From: Fistulifera solaris
Lineage: Eukaryota
DNA: 64,000 nt
NCBI GenBank assembly: GCA_030295235.1
Contig: AP026148.1
Span: forward strand, 1 to 64,000
Direction of reading: 5' to 3'
In this document: positions 60,566 to 64,000 of the stretch, one piece after another
How the letters are laid out: each line of letters begins with the position of its first letter
Numbering within the stretch: position 1 is the first letter of the stretch
Program-made: the position numbers and the translations under genes
The notes under the pieces: generated by a model
The model's database searches: none
The model's input: the letters and a program-made list of their open reading frames with translations, nothing else
Told to the model about the DNA's origin: nothing

Positions 60566-61497
60566 CTTTGATAACGTATTGAGTGTCAAACTAGGAGAAG
60601 ATTCGTCTGAATCCAACTTTTATGAGATAAATGTAGAGTGATGGGTGGCAAATGTTTGCGGCGGGCATCTGGTATCTCGTGCGTCGTGCTTCCCATGCGT
60701 TCGCGGAACCGATGACTACCGGTACCTGACGACTGACTCAGATCTCGGATTAGATTTCTGAAGATACTGTACGTGTTTTAGTGTTCAGGCCTATCAGGAA
60801 CGAAGGCCGTAAGGCGTTTCTGTCGTCTAAGTATCTTTGAATTTTTGGCGTTATACCAGCTAAATGGCGAACGTCCTGGTCGGTTCGAGTACAACCTTGT
60901 ATCTGGCATGCGTCACGGACTTCAGTTGTTTCCATAATATTACACACGATTGAACACGTAAGGCGTGGCGTAGTGCATCATTTTGTCCATCCTGGATGAT
61001 CTTCGTCCTTCTCATCATGTGGATCTTTGATCTTTGGATACAAATCCACGACAATACGTCCTATTTGCTGAGCGACACCTACTGTATTTAATTCTACTCC
61101 GTACCTGGTAATATTTATTCGCTTGCCTTTCGATATCCACGCAACCTTTCCGCCGTTCAGCCTTCCGCGTTTAGACTAGCGTTAGGGCGATTCAGGATTC
61201 TAGAATCACATGGCAAGATTTGTTTGAATTGTCCACAGTACTGAAAGATATGATATATTCCCTCTTCTGGTTATTTAAAGTCAATGAGACAAGAGATTCA
61301 TTCTAAGACGCGATGTTCGAAGGCCACAAAATCAGCAAGCAGCCTCCCTACTCGGTATCTGAAAACGATCGTGGAAGACACTCACGTTTTGTGTCAGGCA
61401 CTATGAGCTAGCACAGTGAATAAATGTAGAGCTAGAAGGTAACCTTCTGCAAATTTGCTGAGCATGGGAGCGGATCAGTAAGTGTGTGAATGAACGG

Positions 61498-64000
61498 CTA
61501 ATCTCTCTTTTCTGCGCCGCGAACAATTTTTTGGGCTATCTCAAGTGCAACCGGCAACAATGTCTTTTCCTCGGGAGGAAAATCCAGCTCGTCTTCGGAT
61601 TGGGAGTGAAAATTATCACAGAACGCTTGACAAAAGACAATCAGTCTGCTCAACTTATCGATACTGGGTAACGTCAGCGTCAAGTTCAATAACAAGACTA
61701 GACCACGATACATGATTTCTAACCGTCCGGATTCCAATATGGACTCCATGTGTTGCTCAAAATGTTCCAGTTCGACAAGGGCCGGGTTGAGCTTGTCCAC
61801 GCTGAAATCTTCTTGCGTTGCCATTGCCAGACATCCCGCTGCGGCACGTGCACATTCGTACTTTTCGGGATCTTCGTAGTCGGCAGCGAGTGCTAGCCAC
61901 AAATTCGCATTTTCCTGCAAATGCTCCAGCATCTTCTCGTGAGGAACCAAATTGCACAATGCTTCGGTTGCGGCTCGTTGTACCATTGTATGATCCGAAA
62001 ACTGTGCGTAATGCAATGCAGCCAATCCCTTTTCTGAGATAACTCGATTCTGTGCATCCTGTCCAGAAGAAGCCAAATTCGTCAAGCTCAACAAGGCTTC
62101 AAACTGTTGTAAATCTTTGGCATGAATGTCGCGTACAAGCGTAAGGAGAGGCTTGATGCTTCCAAGGCGTTGGGCGGCTGTCAACAGCGAAGGGTTGGTG
62201 GTGATAAGTAACTTAGCAATAACATGACGAGCTTTGCGAAGCGTGTTGACTAGCGTGGGTGATGGCTGATCGTTTGTTTTATCGAAAGCGATACATCTAG
62301 ATAAAACTCCTTGCTGAATCAATAAACCACGGACTGACGCTTCGTCGGCCATCCGCATCCATGTGGTCACAATTTGTTCCATCGTTGCTTCTGATGTAAG
62401 ATTGGATTCGGATAAGCCAACCAGCGCGCGAGGCACTTGGGCTGAGGCACATTTGCGAATGCGTTCACGGCATGCTTCTGGTGTATCTGTATCTTTCTGC
62501 ATTTCTAGTAAATCTTTCTCTTCTTCTGTCTTCCCCATTTTCTGTAGTTCATCGTACTGCTCCATTGTCACCTCTTTACCTTCAAATGCTTCTTTGCGCA
62601 TTTGTAATTGCGTCACACATACCAGCTGAAATAAGTTTGCCATGGCAAATGCGCTTGTTGTGTTCGTCGTATTCGCGTTCTTATTGTTCGAAGCGAGCTG
62701 GTCGCATAGTTGCACCAATCGTTCCAATGCAGGGCGCGATGCACCCGATGACCGAAATCCTGCAGCCAGTTCTTCTTTCATATCCGTGTGAGCCACTAGG
62801 TAAGAGATCATTTCAATGCCACGCTCCATTGTGGCCGTGGTCGGGGAAGCAGCTGAAGTCAAGGCTGTCAACGACTTTTTCTTGTCAATCCCGCTCTTTT
62901 CTTCCGCCTTCGTTGCCTCATCCGGGATGTCTTCTAATAAATCACATGCAGCCACAAGCAGTCCCATTCGTTCAAAATCTCCAGTTTCCTTATCACTCAG
63001 TCCCAATTTGGCGATGCAGGCTGCTGCCCCTCCTTTGATTTCACGATAGGGTGATTGCATGAGGATTGTCATCGTTCCTCCATCGACCCACTGCGCTATT
63101 TGGCCTCTTGCTGTTTCAATTGTCGATGCACCACTCAGAACTTCGCTGGCGCAATGCATTGCCGCAACATGTTCTGACCGAATCATTGCCGGTATTTCTA
63201 CATCCATCGCTTGCCAGGTCGACAGAGCCCAGGCACTTAATTCTTTTATATTGACCATCAATATGGCGGCAGTCAACAACGCATGCTGCATGGCGAGATG
63301 CAGATCCTGAGTCGAGAAACCGTACATATCGTCAATCTTTTCGTCTTCCTCTACTTCCATGATGGCTTGAATCTTTGGAGATTCTAGTAGTGGTGCCAAA
63401 ATTAGTTGAGTGTTCTCGGTTTCAACCGCTTCCAAAGCCCGAATCCAGCGACCCACAACTACAATCAATTCTCGTCGCAACGGAAATGCTGCAGGTTCGC
63501 AACACTCACGAAACAGCAGTTGTCGCAATTGACTGTTCACATCCAGTAATTGACGACTTCGCTCATACGCCCACGCCTGGTCACGTGTCTTGCGCTCCGT
63601 TTCATGTTTACGATGGACTGCCAACTCTTGGGCGGTCATCGAGCGAGTATCGGGTTGCAAATTAGGAAGTGTTGGGTCCGTATGATGATCCAAGGAAGAT
63701 CGAATCCAAACATACCGCTCTGTTCCGCACGTCCAAGTACTCAGTACATCCAACACCGCACGAACGATCAACTCGTGAGTTTCGTCTGAATTATTGCTTT
63801 CCAACGATTCCAGCACGACACGACAAGACTGCTCCAATAGATCACGCTGAACATACGACTCCTTCAAAACAACGCGGTTTGCTTCATCGTCTCTATCCAC
63901 ATGCAAGCAAATACGTGACCATAAGGCCAGACAACTAATCATGACGTCCGTTTGCTTCGCGGCAGCCGCTTCTTGCACACGTATCTTCAACCACTCCTGC
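61498..64000 (-). CDS. UCS-domain (UNC-45/CRO1/She4) myosin chaperone, 5' end outside window
   Basis: Armadillo-type helical repeats with UCS motifs LQQFEALLSLTNLAS, VQRAATEALCNL and ARAAAGCLAMAT. Confidence 0.88.
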   Translation of the reverse strand, partial: QEWLKIRVQEAAAAKQTDVMISCLALWSRICLHVDRDDEANRVVLKESYVQRDLLEQSCRVVLESLESNNSDETHELIVRAVLDVLSTWTCGTERYVWIRSSLDHHTDPTLPNLQPDTRSMTAQELAVHRKHETERKTRDQAWAYERSRQLLDVNSQLRQLLFRECCEPAAFPLRRELIVVVGRWIRALEAVETENTQLILAPLLESPKIQAIMEVEEDEKIDDMYGFSTQDLHLAMQHALLTAAILMVNIKELSAWALSTWQAMDVEIPAMIRSEHVAAMHCASEVLSGASTIETARGQIAQWVDGGTMTILMQSPYREIKGGAAACIAKLGLSDKETGDFERMGLLVAACDLLEDIPDEATKAEEKSGIDKKKSLTALTSAASPTTATMERGIEMISYLVAHTDMKEELAAGFRSSGASRPALERLVQLCDQLASNNKNANTTNTTSAFAMANLFQLVCVTQLQMRKEAFEGKEVTMEQYDELQKMGKTEEEKDLLEMQKDTDTPEACRERIRKCASAQVPRALVGLSESNLTSEATMEQIVTTWMRMADEASVRGLLIQQGVLSRCIAFDKTNDQPSPTLVNTLRKARHVIAKLLITTNPSLLTAAQRLGSIKPLLTLVRDIHAKDLQQFEALLSLTNLASSGQDAQNRVISEKGLAALHYAQFSDHTMVQRAATEALCNLVPHEKMLEHLQENANLWLALAADYEDPEKYECARAAAGCLAMATQEDFSVDKLNPALVELEHFEQHMESILESGRLEIMYRGLVLLLNLTLTLPSIDKLSRLIVFCQAFCDNFHSQSEDELDFPPEEKTLLPVALEIAQKIVRGAEKRD

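Noticed and set aside
60750..61054. Short minus-strand ORFs between the fasciclin and UCS genes
   Set aside because: No recognisable motif; cannot distinguish a decayed gene fragment from chance ORFs.
1124..64000. Programmed frameshifting or an alternative genetic code to explain broken ORFs
   Set aside because: Breaks show no shared slippery motif, occur in single units of otherwise identical repeats, and several long genes read through with the standard code.

Overview
Eukaryotic chromosome end, probably from a pennate diatom. That assignment is an inference from the TTAGGG telomere, short GT-AG introns, bipartite-type targeting peptides and gene content. The window opens with ~440 bp of (CCCTAA)n and an 18-bp subtelomeric satellite. 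Genes start within ~0.7 kb of the telomere: a DHDPS (dapA) gene, two large signal-peptide proteins with charged-helix repeats, two RING-H2 paralogues, an HSF-type factor and a Cys-rich PqiA-like membrane protein. It also holds five fasciclin genes (13 FAS1 domains, one per exon), a block of orphan genes, an IF1-like peptide, a truncated-photolyase/hydrolase fusion, an atypical mitochondrial carrier, two MscS-like channels and a 5'-partial UNC-45/UCS chaperone. Many genes carry single-base frameshifts, which may be assembly errors. The most striking unexplained signal is non-coding: a ~23-bp dyad element (TCRTGAC-TGAAATG-CAGTCGTGG) found 13 times, only in promoter-containing intergenic DNA and with an orientation bias. 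The palindrome TACCWGGTA occurs 10 times, and 7-bp tandem duplications are frequent. I recognised no tRNA, rRNA, CRISPR array or transposase/reverse-transcriptase ORF.
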